In this document: positions 1-9,798 of the stretch, one piece after another
Numbering within the stretch: position 1 is the stretch's first letter
Layout: each line of letters opens with the position of its first letter
Assembly: GCA_047639155.1 (NCBI GenBank)
Contig: JBLING010000002.1
Coordinates: forward strand, 1 to 33,871
Origin: a bacterium
Lineage (GTDB): Bacteria > Bacteroidota > Bacteroidia > NS11-12g > UBA9320
Direction of reading: 5' to 3'
Length of the DNA stretch: 33,871 nucleotides
Notes under the pieces: model-generated
The model's database searches: none
Told to the model about the DNA's origin: nothing
What the model saw: the letters and a program-made list of their open reading frames with translations, nothing else
Position numbers and translations under genes: made by a program

Positions 1-1
1 C

Positions 2-2527
2 GCTAAGATGGTGACATTGGATTTAGATCATCCAGAAATCATGTCATTCATCAACTGGAAAAAAGAAGAAGAGAAAAAAGTAGCGGCCTTAATTGACGGC
101 GGATACTCATCACACTATGAAGGTGATGCATACCAAACCGTATCTGGTCAAAACTCAAATAATTCAGTACGTATTCCAAACAAGTTTTTTGAAGCCTTAA
201 AGGACAACGAAAATTGGGACTTAATCGCACGAAGCAATGGTGAGGTTATGGATAGCATTCCAGCGGAAAAGATTTGGGATGATATCGCTTTTGCAGCTTG
301 GGCATGTGCAGATCCAGGCGTACAATACGACACAACGATTAACGAATGGCATACTTGCCCACAAGGCGGACCAATCAATGCGTCTAACCCGTGTTCGGAA
401 TATATGTTCTTAGACAACACTGCCTGTAACTTGGCATCGTTGAATCTTCGACATTTCTTTAACGAAGCATCCTTAGAATTCGACGTTGAAGGCATTAAAT
501 ATTCCTCGCGATTGTGGACTACAGTATTGGAAATATCTGTTTTGATGGCACAGTTCCCATCTAAAGAAGTTGCAGAGTTATCATATGCATATAGAACGTT
601 AGGATTGGGCTACGCCAACTTAGGGTCTGTATTAATGTTGAGTGGTATTCCTTACGATAGTGAAAAAGCTACCGCAATTTGTGGAGCAATTACAGCGATT
701 CTAACTGGAACTGCTTACGCAACATCAGCAGAAATGGCCGAACACCTTGGACCATTCAAAGAATACGAGAAAAACAAAGAAGACATGTTGCGTGTAATGC
801 GCAATCATAGATACGCAGCATACAACGCCACCGATTACGAAGGTTTAAGCGTAATGCCTGTAGGTATCGACCCAAAATATTGCCCAGATTATCTACTAAC
901 AGCTGCTTGTGACCAATGGGATAAAGCGGTAATGCAAGGGGAGAAATTTGGATATAGAAACGCCCAAACTACGGTAATTGCTCCGACAGGAACAATTGGT
1001 TTGGTGATGGACTGTGATACAACAGGTATAGAGCCAGATTTTGCTTTGGTTAAATTCAAGAAGCTAAGTGGAGGAGGATATTTTAAGATTGTTAATCAAT
1101 CCGTGCCAGGAGCTTTAAGAAACCTAGATTACACTGAAGACCAAGTTGAGGCAATTGTAAATTACGCCAAAGGACATGCGACTTTAAAAGGTGCACCTGG
1201 GGTAAACCACAAATCTCTAACAACCAAAGGACTTAATCGGGAAGATCTAAAATCTATCGAGGCAGGACTAGCAAGCGCTTTTGAAATCAGCTTTGTATTT
1301 AACCATTGGACGCTTGGAGAAGCCACAATGGAACGCTTAGGTTTAGAGAAGGAAGCATATGAAAGTGCAGACTTTAACTTACTTGAAGTGTTGGGATACA
1401 CAATTGAAGAGATCAGACAAGCAAATGATTATGTATGTGGAACTATGACCGTTGAGGGGGCTCCATATTTAAAAGATGAGGATTTAGCTGTATTTGATTG
1501 CGCAAATAGATGCGGTAATATAGGAGAACGTTTCATTCATGCTCATGGACATATTCGCATGATGGGTGCCGCCCAACCTTTTATTTCAGGCGCCATTTCA
1601 AAAACGATAAACTTACCAAACGAAGCTACTAAAGAAGATATCAAATCTTGTTATGAGTTGAGTTGGGAGCTTGGTCTAAAAGCAAACGCATTGTACAGAG
1701 ATGGTTGCAAATTATCTCAACCACTAAGTACTAAGTCTGACGTTAAAAAAGAAGAAAAAGTAAAAGATAAAATCGAAGAGGTACTTGCTGAGAAAGCAGA
1801 ATTAACCCTTGACGAAATTACACCGGATATGGTATTGGACGCAGCTCGCCGCATAATTGACGAGAGTAGTGATACAATTTTCCAAATGCAGTTATCCAAT
1901 ATTGTTGAACGTAAGAAATTACCAAGCAAACGAAGTGGATTTACCCAAAAAGCCAAAGTAGGTGGGCAAACACTGTTTATCAGAACAGGGGAATACAGCG
2001 ATGGACGATTAGGTGAAATCTTTGTAGACATGCACAAAGAGGGAGCAACTTTCAGATCATTGATGAACTGTTTCTCAATTGCTGTTTCAATAGGATTGCA
2101 ATACGGAGTGCCATTGAGAGAATTCGTCGACAAATTTACATTCACGAAATTTGAGCCAGCGGGTTATGTTGAAGGACATGATAATATCAAGAATGCAACG
2201 TCAATTATTGACTTTATATTCCGCTTATTGGGATTTGAATACCTACACCGAAACGATTTGGTTCAAGTACCACCGATTACGGAAACGGGTGACAACAATA
2301 TCCAAAACGCAACCAACTCCCCAGCGATAGCTATAACTAAAACACAATCCGTTGTTACTTCGGTTTCCATTGAGGCTAAAGCGGCATCAACATCTTCAGC
2401 ATCAGATATGCACTTGCAATCCATGCAAAGTGATGCACCTGCATGTAATGAGTGTGGTCACCTAACTGTGAGAAGTGGAACATGTTATAAGTGTTTAAAC
2501 TGCGGTAACTCATTAGGTTGTAGTTAA
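2..2527 (+). CDS. nrdJ: Adenosylcobalamin-dependent (class II) ribonucleotide reductase, C-terminal ~840 aa; the 5' end lies outside the window
   Basis: The frame is open from the window edge (codons 2-4 and 5-7 precede the listed Met). Motifs [30 protein letters not shown] and [12 protein letters not shown] are typical of class II RNR. The C-terminal tail is Cys-rich: [26 protein letters not shown]. Confidence 0.93.
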   Translation, partial: AKMVTLDLDHPEIMSFINWKKEEEKKVAALIDGGYSSHYEGDAYQTVSGQNSNNSVRIPNKFFEALKDNENWDLIARSNGEVMDSIPAEKIWDDIAFAAWACADPGVQYDTTINEWHTCPQGGPINASNPCSEYMFLDNTACNLASLNLRHFFNEASLEFDVEGIKYSSRLWTTVLEISVLMAQFPSKEVAELSYAYRTLGLGYANLGSVLMLSGIPYDSEKATAICGAITAILTGTAYATSAEMAEHLGPFKEYEKNKEDMLRVMRNHRYAAYNATDYEGLSVMPVGIDPKYCPDYLLTAACDQWDKAVMQGEKFGYRNAQTTVIAPTGTIGLVMDCDTTGIEPDFALVKFKKLSGGGYFKIVNQSVPGALRNLDYTEDQVEAIVNYAKGHATLKGAPGVNHKSLTTKGLNREDLKSIEAGLASAFEISFVFNHWTLGEATMERLGLEKEAYESADFNLLEVLGYTIEEIRQANDYVCGTMTVEGAPYLKDEDLAVFDCANRCGNIGERFIHAHGHIRMMGAAQPFISGAISKTINLPNEATKEDIKSCYELSWELGLKANALYRDGCKLSQPLSTKSDVKKEEKVKDKIEEVLAEKAELTLDEITPDMVLDAARRIIDESSDTIFQMQLSNIVERKKLPSKRSGFTQKAKVGGQTLFIRTGEYSDGRLGEIFVDMHKEGATFRSLMNCFSIAVSIGLQYGVPLREFVDKFTFTKFEPAGYVEGHDNIKNATSIIDFIFRLLGFEYLHRNDLVQVPPITETGDNNIQNATNSPAIAITKTQSVVTSVSIEAKAASTSSASDMHLQSMQSDAPACNECGHLTVRSGTCYKCLNCGNSLGCS

Positions 2528-2570
2528 CAATCCGCCCAACAGGGCGTTTAGGTACATAATATTTAATTGG

Positions 2571-2617
2571 ATAGCCAAGAATTGTAAGGTAACATTTACA
2601 ATCTCTTGGCTATTTTT
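2571..2617 (+). terminator. Rho-independent terminator of nrdJ
   Basis: ATAGCCAAGAATTGTAA (2571-2587) pairs with TTACAATCTCTTGGCTAT (2596-2613). This gives a 17-bp stem with one bulge and an 8-nt loop, followed by a T-run at 2613-2617. Confidence 0.85.
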
Positions 2618-2642
2618 GTGTTATATCAATTTTAGATGCGTC

Positions 2643-2885
2643 ATGAGCTGTCCATCGAAAAAAAAAGAACACACCACTATAGGAGCTGCCGAAGGCGCAC
2701 TGATAGATGCCCGAATCCGTTTCGTAGGAAACTCAGCAGTAAATGTATACGAATGCGAAGACTGCGGAAATTGGCATCTTACGTCTAAAGGAGAAACGCA
2801 TCCAAAGCTTCAAGAAATGATTGATTCGGGTTCGCTCGATGAGGAGATTAAAAAATTTGAGTGGCGCGAAAAATATAGGGATTAG
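2643..2885 (+). CDS. Small hypothetical protein (80 aa) with a zinc-ribbon-like Cys/His pattern
   Basis: The ORF-track TTG start at 2616 sits inside the terminator T-run, so ATG 2643 is preferred. The metal-ligand-like pattern is Cys3 ... Cys38-x2-Cys41-x3-His45 (YECEDCGNWHLTS). I recognise no family. Confidence 0.55.
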   Translation: MSCPSKKKEHTTIGAAEGALIDARIRFVGNSAVNVYECEDCGNWHLTSKGETHPKLQEMIDSGSLDEEIKKFEWREKYRD

Positions 2886-3643
2886 AAAATGACCCCAAAT
2901 CCAATACGGAGTCTGTTCCTGTGTACAACACGTTCAATGGTTTGAGAACTTTGTGAACCCCACCACCAATTGTCAAACTCCCGCTTTAACATACCTCCTT
3001 GATATCCCACTTCAAGATAAGTACCAATCTTTGGATTATATCGATTGACAAATATGTGTCGGTAGTCTAAGCCGTACACCATACCTGGTTCATACCAACC
3101 CCTTGTATTGTATGACAGCAAAAACGCGTAACCACCATGCATTTGAATAAAATCTGATTTTTTAGTAGTGTCATGGTAAACACCAATGCCCAATTCAACA
3201 GGCAATGTTGAAATATCATAGTTGGGCAGAATGAGCACACCTGACTTAATAAAGCCTCTTAAGCGAGATGTCCCTATTCTTCGTCCCAATTCTAAGTCTG
3301 CACTAAAGGAATTGAAACCTATTCCACCAGATTTATACCATAAAGGCATATCATAACTAGGTCGAAATGAGGAGCGTGGGCCAGTATTGTGCTGCGGATT
3401 TTCAGAAGCATCGAAACTCATAGACTGAACATCCTCTTTTTTTATAACCAAATCACCCAAGGCTCCAGTCGTAATAAAAACGGCTGTGTCGTTCATCTGC
3501 GTAATTTTCCCAGAAATGACATCGCCACTTTTAAGTACCACATAGTCTTTGGTGGTTTGAGCAAAACCAAAAAAACAGAAATTTACCAGAATGAAAACAA
3601 GCAATAGCTTCAGAATATTTGGAGTCAACATCTTTGGTTTCAT
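2882..3643 (-). CDS. Hypothetical secreted protein, possible outer-membrane beta-barrel
   Basis: It has a signal peptide (MKPKMLTPNILKLLLVFILVNFCFFGFAQ), Gly/aromatic-rich alternating segments, and a C-terminus ending RIGFGVIF (terminal Phe, as in OMP beta-signals). I recognise no named family. Confidence 0.6.
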   Translation of the reverse strand: MKPKMLTPNILKLLLVFILVNFCFFGFAQTTKDYVVLKSGDVISGKITQMNDTAVFITTGALGDLVIKKEDVQSMSFDASENPQHNTGPRSSFRPSYDMPLWYKSGGIGFNSFSADLELGRRIGTSRLRGFIKSGVLILPNYDISTLPVELGIGVYHDTTKKSDFIQMHGGYAFLLSYNTRGWYEPGMVYGLDYRHIFVNRYNPKIGTYLEVGYQGGMLKREFDNWWWGSQSSQTIERVVHRNRLRIGFGVIF

Positions 3644-3763
3644 ACAGTGTGATGGTTTTATCAGGACACAAATTACGATTGAAAAATGAAATGAGTGTCA
3701 ATTTTTTAATATTTGGTTTTAGACAGAACAGATTATAGTACCTTTAGACTTCAAAACACCGAT

Positions 3764-5026
3764 ATGAAATCAAGCAACTGGAAAATAGTAACACTGTTAT
3801 TACTCACGTCGTCACTGATGTACTCGTGTGCAGATAAATGCACCGACACCTATAAAATTACTGAAACCATAACCTTGTTTAAGTCTATAGCGGATACAAG
3901 AAACTCATTTGAGGTACAGGTTGCAAAGGAGATAGATAAGCCAGGGAAATTGTACGTTTTTGGAAATACATTATTTGTTGTGGACCAAAATAGAGGATTT
4001 CATGTAATCAATAACAGCAATCCGTCAGCGCCACTTCGCGTTCAGTTTATTCAGCTTGATGGATGCACTGATTTGGTTGTGAAAGGCAATTACCTTTATG
4101 CAAATAATGTTAATGATTTAGTAACGATTCAAATCAACCAAGGGACATATACTTTGGTAGATCGCAATCAGAACGTTTTCAATTTGTTTGAGACAAACGG
4201 AGATTCCATAGCTTATGATTATATAATTGAAGAGCGATGGGTTACAAATGAAGATTACAATTGTGAAGGCAGTGGCTTTGTTTTTGGGATGCAAGATGAT
4301 CTTGCAGTTCAAACAGCAGACAATAGTGGGGCAGAAGCAGGTGCAACTGGGACGGGTGGCTCAACTGCACGCATGACGGTTGTAAATGACTATATCTATG
4401 CGGTGGACAATAGGAACTTATTGGCAATTGATATTTCAAATGGAGCTGATCCCAAGAAAGCGCGTGTAAATGATATTAGCAACTGGACAAGTCTTATAGA
4501 AACGATTTTCCCAATGGGAGATTACCTGTTTATCGGAACAACAACGGGCATGCAGATATTCAATCATAAAGCAAACCCTGGAAGCCCTGTTCATGAGAGC
4601 ACATCTGAGCATTTTCGCTCGTGTGATCCTGTAGTGGTTCAAAACGATATCGCATACGTCACTACACACGGCGGTACTGGTTGTGGCGGAAATAGAAATG
4701 CCTTGTATACCTATGATGTTAAGAATGTAAAACTACCAATTGAACTAGCAGTTTTTGATATGACTTATCCTTTAGGTCTTGGAATTGATGGCACCACCTT
4801 ATTTGTTTGCGAAGATGATTTTGGACTGAAAGTGTATGACGCAAGTGACCCTAAAAATATAACGGACAATAAGCTTAGCGAAATAACAACAATAAGTCCT
4901 ACCGACGTTATTCCTCTCAATGGGTTATTAATTGTCACTGCAAAAGATGGGGTCTACCAATATGACTATACCGACCCATCAAACCTTGTATTACTGAGTA
5001 AGGTGTATGATATTGATACGGATTAA
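3764..5026 (+). CDS. LVIVD-repeat beta-propeller lipoprotein
   Basis: ATG 3764 gives MKSSNWKIVTLLLLTSSLMYSC, a lipoprotein-type signal. The body has repeated LVIVD-like units: GNTLFVVDQNRGFHVINNSNP, GNYLYANNVNDLVTIQI, NDYIYAVDNRNLLAIDISN, GTTLFVCEDDFGLKVYDASDP and NGLLIVTAKDGVYQYDYTDP. Confidence 0.75.
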   Translation: MKSSNWKIVTLLLLTSSLMYSCADKCTDTYKITETITLFKSIADTRNSFEVQVAKEIDKPGKLYVFGNTLFVVDQNRGFHVINNSNPSAPLRVQFIQLDGCTDLVVKGNYLYANNVNDLVTIQINQGTYTLVDRNQNVFNLFETNGDSIAYDYIIEERWVTNEDYNCEGSGFVFGMQDDLAVQTADNSGAEAGATGTGGSTARMTVVNDYIYAVDNRNLLAIDISNGADPKKARVNDISNWTSLIETIFPMGDYLFIGTTTGMQIFNHKANPGSPVHESTSEHFRSCDPVVVQNDIAYVTTHGGTGCGGNRNALYTYDVKNVKLPIELAVFDMTYPLGLGIDGTTLFVCEDDFGLKVYDASDPKNITDNKLSEITTISPTDVIPLNGLLIVTAKDGVYQYDYTDPSNLVLLSKVYDIDTD

Positions 5027-5673
5027 ATCTCAGCCAAAACGGTCTCACCACCTTTGGTAATTTCGTTTAGCTTAACGTTTATTTTTGTTCCGATTGGAAG
5101 AAACACGTCTATTCGACTTCCAAATTTAATGAAGCCCATTTCTTGACCTTGGGTTACTGTATCCCCTTTATCAACGTAATAACAAATACGTCGAGCAACT
5201 GCTCCAGCAATTTGGCGAAACAAAATTTCAGTACCGTTTTCGTTTTTAATAACCGTTGTAGTGCGTTCATTAAGCGTTGAAGACTTCGGATGCCAAGCAA
5301 CTAAGTATTGGCCTGGGTGGTACTTAAAATAGCTTACAATTCCAGAAATTGGGTTGCGGTTGACATGAACGTTTAAAGGTGACATGAAAATACTTAGCTG
5401 AATGCGTTTGCCTTCAAAGTATTCAGGTTCTTCAACCTCTTCAATTACAACTACTTTTCCATCAGCAGGTGCAATGACATGATGTTCATTTAAAACTGTG
5501 TTTCTAGTTGGGTTGCGGAAAAATTGAAGGAATAAAGTGAAAATTACAATTCCAGCGGTTAAAGTAAGGTACTTCACCCAAGAAATCTCCGTGTATTTAA
5601 ACACCAAAAATACTATTACACTAACGATAATTAACGTGGTAATAAGTATCGTATATCCTTCTTTATGTATCAT
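5023..5673 (-). CDS. psd: Phosphatidylserine decarboxylase (short form)
   Basis: The protein is 216 aa with N-terminal TM helices. FMSPLNVHVNRNP and GFIKFGSRIDVFLP (Gly-Ser self-cleavage site) match the family. Its ATG overlaps the gdh stop codon (TAATG). Confidence 0.88.
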   Translation of the reverse strand: MIHKEGYTILITTLIIVSVIVFLVFKYTEISWVKYLTLTAGIVIFTLFLQFFRNPTRNTVLNEHHVIAPADGKVVVIEEVEEPEYFEGKRIQLSIFMSPLNVHVNRNPISGIVSYFKYHPGQYLVAWHPKSSTLNERTTTVIKNENGTEILFRQIAGAVARRICYYVDKGDTVTQGQEMGFIKFGSRIDVFLPIGTKINVKLNEITKGGETVLAEI

Positions 5674-6953
5674 TAATATGTGCCTCGAAGTCGTTTTGTG
5701 CTTGCCACTTTATCAATAGCAACTATATAAGCCGCAATACGCATATCAACTTTGTATTTGCGTGACGCTTCATAAACGGTTTCAAACGCTTGTTTCATAA
5801 TTCTGTCTGCACGGCGATTCACCCTTTCTTCCGTCCAAAAATAACCCAATCTATTTTGTACCCATTCGAAGTAGGAAACAGAAACACCGCCAGCGTTTGC
5901 CAAAATATCAGGGATTACCATAATGCCTTGGTCGTTTAATATCTTATCAGCGCCAAATGAAGTAGGACCGTTTGCTCCCTCAACAATCAGTTTTGCTTTT
6001 ATTCTTGAGGCATTTTCCGCTGTGATTTGATCTTCCAGTGCAGCAGGAATAAGTACGTCAACCTCAAGTTCCAACAACTCATCATTGGTGATTAGCTCTC
6101 CTTTAGTAAAGCCCTCTAGCGTTCCGTTATTGCCTTCCGTATACGCGATCGCATCTAAGATGTCAATCCCATTTGCGTTAAAATATGCTCCCGATACATC
6201 AGAGATGGCTATTATCGTTACACCTTGCTCTTCAACCAGTTTTGCACTTATTGAACCCACATTGCCAAAACCTTGAACCGCAGCAGTTGATTTGCTCGGG
6301 TTCATTTTAAGTTTTCCCATTGCGGATCGAGTAGAAACCATTACGCCACGTCCTGTCGCCTCAAGTCGCCCTTTTGAACCCCCTAAAACAATTGGTTTGC
6401 CGGTAACAACAGCAGGACTTGAAACACCTTTTAGTTTCGAGTATTCGTCCATAATCCAAGCCATGGTTTGTGGATTGGTTCCAACATCAGGTGCTGGTAT
6501 ATCTCTTTCTGGCCCAAAGACGTTGCTCATTGAGTTGGTGTAAGCACGCGTCAAACGCTCTAATTCACCTGTACTCATAGTTCGTGGATCACACTTGATA
6601 CCACCCTTTGCTCCCCCGTAAGGAATTCCAACAACAGCGCATTTCCACGTCATCCAAGCCGCCAAAGCTTTTACTTCATCCAAGTTAACACCCATCGAGT
6701 AGCGAATACCCCCTTTAGATGGCCCTAAATTGGCCGAATGAATTACACGGTGACCCTCAAAAATTTTAATTGTTCCATCGTCCATTGTAACTGGAAGATT
6801 AACCGTAACACATTTTTCAGGAGACTTTAAAGCCTCGTAAGTAGAGTCGTCTAATCCTAGGATTTTGGTGGCTTCTGAAAATCTTTCCATCATTGAATCT
6901 AATGGATTTAGATGGTCCTTGATAGGAGCAGGTTCTTTGTATCTAGAACTCAT
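5673..6953 (-). CDS. gdh: Glutamate dehydrogenase (Glu/Leu/Phe/Val dehydrogenase family)
   Basis: Motifs GPSKGGIRY and GIPYGGAKGG (catalytic Lys region) are present, along with a GFGNVG dinucleotide-binding loop. The 426-aa length fits a hexameric GDH. Confidence 0.92.
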   Translation of the reverse strand: MSSRYKEPAPIKDHLNPLDSMMERFSEATKILGLDDSTYEALKSPEKCVTVNLPVTMDDGTIKIFEGHRVIHSANLGPSKGGIRYSMGVNLDEVKALAAWMTWKCAVVGIPYGGAKGGIKCDPRTMSTGELERLTRAYTNSMSNVFGPERDIPAPDVGTNPQTMAWIMDEYSKLKGVSSPAVVTGKPIVLGGSKGRLEATGRGVMVSTRSAMGKLKMNPSKSTAAVQGFGNVGSISAKLVEEQGVTIIAISDVSGAYFNANGIDILDAIAYTEGNNGTLEGFTKGELITNDELLELEVDVLIPAALEDQITAENASRIKAKLIVEGANGPTSFGADKILNDQGIMVIPDILANAGGVSVSYFEWVQNRLGYFWTEERVNRRADRIMKQAFETVYEASRKYKVDMRIAAYIVAIDKVASTKRLRGTY

Positions 6954-6974
6954 GTATTTTTCGAAAATTTAACG

Positions 6975-6982
6975 CAAAGCTA
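6975..6982 (-). promoter_or_regulatory. Bacteroidota -7 promoter box (TAGCTTTG) for gdh
   Basis: The reverse complement of caaagcta matches TAnnTTTG. It lies 21 nt upstream of the gdh ATG, in the 84-bp gap after cdsA. Confidence 0.55.
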
Positions 6983-7037
6983 TCCAATTAATTAACAGGC
7001 AAACAACAGATTATGCGTTTTTTTGAACGATTATTCG

Positions 7038-7880
7038 TTATCCGACTGTGAAATGATACAAATAGAAAAAACAAGCTGGAGAAGCCAATATTATAGAGTC
7101 CATTCTGTCCAGAAAACCACCATGTCCACCCAAGGCAGTTCCTGAATCTTTAATACTCAAATGGCGTTTGATTTTGGACTCAAAAAGATCTCCAAGTGTA
7201 CCAACGACAGAACAAATAATGGCCAATGCTGCAAAGTGAATTTGGTCAAAAACCGGAAATAAACGGTACAAAACCAATGAGAAAATAATGGAAGCTGCCA
7301 GCCCCCCTATAAAACCTTCAACCGTTTTTTTAGGGGAAAGGATTGAGGCTAATTTACGTTTACCAAACTTGCGACCTACCAGGTAAGCAAAGCTATCATT
7401 CAACCATATAAAGATAAAGACTAGCAAGATTTGCATCCCATTGTATGACAACAATTCTGTATTATTTGATTCAAAAACCATATTGCCGATGCGCAATAAG
7501 AAAGCAAGAGTAATAGAAATGTATACCCAACCTAACACCATGTGCCCCGCATCCTGCAAGAAAGATTCAGATTTGTAAAAAATCAAATAGGAAAGAAACA
7601 ACACCAGCAGCGGAATTAGATACCACAATAACAGTTTAAAATTTACAACAGAGTCCTGGTTAATGTATGTCAGAAAAAACAAAAAACTACCAATGAGCAA
7701 AGGGAATAGGACTGATAGAATTGATTTTGGTTTAATTGTGATTTTGTAAAATTCATAAAGACAGAAGACTTGGATTAACCAAATGTAAAATCCTGCCGTT
7801 GCCATATTTGTTAATAGGGCTGCGATTGTGATTCCAACATAAATTGTCCCTACCAGTAACCTTGAATTTATATTACGCAT
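7038..7880 (-). CDS. cdsA: Phosphatidate cytidylyltransferase (CDP-diglyceride synthase)
   Basis: The protein is polytopic. SKIKRHLSIKDSGTALGGHGGFLDRMDS matches the CdsA signature. ATG 7880 (MRNINSRLL...) is chosen over the 7943 ORF-track start and overlaps the upstream stop codon by 8 nt. Confidence 0.9.
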   Translation of the reverse strand: MRNINSRLLVGTIYVGITIAALLTNMATAGFYIWLIQVFCLYEFYKITIKPKSILSVLFPLLIGSFLFFLTYINQDSVVNFKLLLWYLIPLLVLFLSYLIFYKSESFLQDAGHMVLGWVYISITLAFLLRIGNMVFESNNTELLSYNGMQILLVFIFIWLNDSFAYLVGRKFGKRKLASILSPKKTVEGFIGGLAASIIFSLVLYRLFPVFDQIHFAALAIICSVVGTLGDLFESKIKRHLSIKDSGTALGGHGGFLDRMDSIILASPACFFYLYHFTVG

Positions 7881-8787
7881 AGTCGAAATCGTTGTTTGTC
7901 GTTTTTTTCCAAAAGAAGTACCCCAATCCAACAAGAACAACAATACTTGTTGTTACTGTTCCGGATGAAAATTGAAAGTCGGGGCTAAATAGGGCAAAAT
8001 CAAATCCTTTTTTATCAAACCAATCTGAAAAGACTACAATGGCATTATTAAACGCATGCAAGACAATTGGAATCCATAAAGACTTTGTACGGTAATACAC
8101 ATACCCCAAGAAGAGGCCGAGTAACATCATTGGCAAAACCTTATACGGTTGAAAATGCATGATTGTAAAAAGTCCGGAGGATATGAATATGCCAACATGT
8201 ACATTATTGAACCATTTGGTTAACACACGCATTAAAATACCTCGGAAGAAAATTTCTTCTCCAACAGCAGCTAAAACACTCATTACCAATATATTGAAAA
8301 ATAAGTGAATGCCGGTATTGTGTTTTAAAAAGAGGTCGTACGTGTGATTACTAGTTGATTCTATATCAGAAAACATCGAAGCCCACTTTTCTGGAAGTTC
8401 AAGCGCAGCGTTTATTCTCACTAAGCCATCAACAATAGGAATTAACGCCAGTAGCATCAGGAATCCCAATAGAAAGTGGAGGGGTTTTATCTGAGAGTTT
8501 AAATTAGTGAAGTCCGTAAATTTTTGTTTGTACGTTTTTGTACAAACAAATCCTGCAAGTAAAAACGAGAGTGCGGTAAAAAACTGTCCAAGCTTTAGTG
8601 CTGTAGACTGATGCTTAGTGAAAGCTAAAAGGTCAATTTTAGTTAACTCTTCCAACTGAAATCCAAAGCCATTTTTTATCACAACAATGGCAACACCAAA
8701 CATGGCCAATAACGACAAGACTAATATACCAACGGCTAAAAAGAAATGGGATATTCCGTCAATCTTTGATTGTACTCTATTTTGCAT
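7873..8787 (-). CDS. CPBP family intramembrane glutamic endopeptidase (CAAX protease-like)
   Basis: The protein is polytopic and carries the three CPBP motifs: EEIFFRG, FTIMH and HAFNN. Confidence 0.85.
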   Translation of the reverse strand: MQNRVQSKIDGISHFFLAVGILVLSLLAMFGVAIVVIKNGFGFQLEELTKIDLLAFTKHQSTALKLGQFFTALSFLLAGFVCTKTYKQKFTDFTNLNSQIKPLHFLLGFLMLLALIPIVDGLVRINAALELPEKWASMFSDIESTSNHTYDLFLKHNTGIHLFFNILVMSVLAAVGEEIFFRGILMRVLTKWFNNVHVGIFISSGLFTIMHFQPYKVLPMMLLGLFLGYVYYRTKSLWIPIVLHAFNNAIVVFSDWFDKKGFDFALFSPDFQFSSGTVTTSIVVLVGLGYFFWKKTTNNDFDYA

Positions 8788-8795
8788 CTATGAAG

Positions 8796-8803
8796 TATCT
8801 TTG
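8796..8803 (+). promoter_or_regulatory. Bacteroidota -7 promoter box (TATCTTTG) for dusB
   Basis: TAnnTTTG ends 5 nt before the GTG start at 8809, which implies a leaderless or near-leaderless mRNA. Confidence 0.5.
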
Positions 8804-8808
8804 CAAAG

Positions 8809-9798
8809 GTGATAAAAATCGGCGATATAAATCTTGGAGACTTCCCACTCTTGTTGGCTCCAATGGAGGATGTAAGTGACCCGCCATTTCGTGCGGTTTG
8901 TAAGGAACAAGGGGTCGACATGATGTATACGGAATTTATTTCGTCGGAAGGGCTTATAAGAGATGCTGCTAAAAGCAGGCAAAAACTCGACATATTTGGG
9001 TATGAACGACCCATGGGTATTCAAATATTTGGGAGTGATATCGACGTGATGAAGGAAGCAACTGAGATTGCAACGGAAGCGAACCCGGATTTAATTGATA
9101 TAAATTATGGTTGTCCGGTAAAAGCGGTGGCTTGCAAAGGGGCAGGTGCAGCCTTACTACAAGACGTGCCAAAGATGGTTGCAATGACTGCCGAAATAGT
9201 AAAATCTACACACTTACCCGTAACAGTAAAAACAAGATTGGGTTGGGACAATAACACGAAGTATATCAAGGATGTTGCTGCTCGACTTCAAGATGTAGGT
9301 ATACAAGCCTTAAGTATTCATGGACGAACCCGAGTACAAATGTATAAGGGAGAAGCCGATTGGACTTTGATAGGGGAAATCGCGCAGGACCCTAAAATTC
9401 ACATCCCGATTTTCGGAAATGGCGATGTTAATTCACCTGAAAAAGCTAAGGAAATGCGTGATCGATATGGCGTACAAGGCCTAATGATTGGTCGTGCAAG
9501 CATTGGACATCCTTGGATTTTTAGAGAAATAAAGCATTATTTTAAAACAGGTGAACTATTGCCAGGGCCAACTATGATTGAACGTATCGAAACGTGCGAA
9601 CAGCATTTCGAAGAAAGCTTGAAATGGAAAGGGGAGCGCCTTGGTATTTTTGAAATGCGTAGACATTACGCAAATTATTTTAAAGCGATCGCGAATTTTA
9701 AACCCAATCGTATGCGGTTGGTAACTGCCGATAGTCCAAATGAAATACGTGCTATTTTAAACGAGTTGAGAGAGCAATACACAGCCGTATTTGCTTAA
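8809..9798 (+). CDS. dusB: tRNA-dihydrouridine synthase
   Basis: The GTG start gives MIKIGDINLGDFPLLLAPMEDVSDPPFR. INYGCPVKAV (catalytic Cys), SIHGRTR and a C-terminal helical domain are typical of the Dus family. Confidence 0.9.
   Translation: MIKIGDINLGDFPLLLAPMEDVSDPPFRAVCKEQGVDMMYTEFISSEGLIRDAAKSRQKLDIFGYERPMGIQIFGSDIDVMKEATEIATEANPDLIDINYGCPVKAVACKGAGAALLQDVPKMVAMTAEIVKSTHLPVTVKTRLGWDNNTKYIKDVAARLQDVGIQALSIHGRTRVQMYKGEADWTLIGEIAQDPKIHIPIFGNGDVNSPEKAKEMRDRYGVQGLMIGRASIGHPWIFREIKHYFKTGELLPGPTMIERIETCEQHFEESLKWKGERLGIFEMRRHYANYFKAIANFKPNRMRLVTADSPNEIRAILNELREQYTAVFA

Noticed and set aside
1717-2145. A 142-aa ORF is antisense to nrdJ, and similar 60-130-aa ORFs are antisense to gdh, infB, the GH3 gene and the LVIVD gene.
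   Set aside because: All are embedded in conserved coding regions on the opposite strand and have no independent support.
8736-9184. Three minus-strand ORFs of 71-92 aa lie antisense to the dusB 5' region.
   Set aside because: They overlap each other and a well-supported gene, and they have no motifs or start-site context. They are shadow ORFs.
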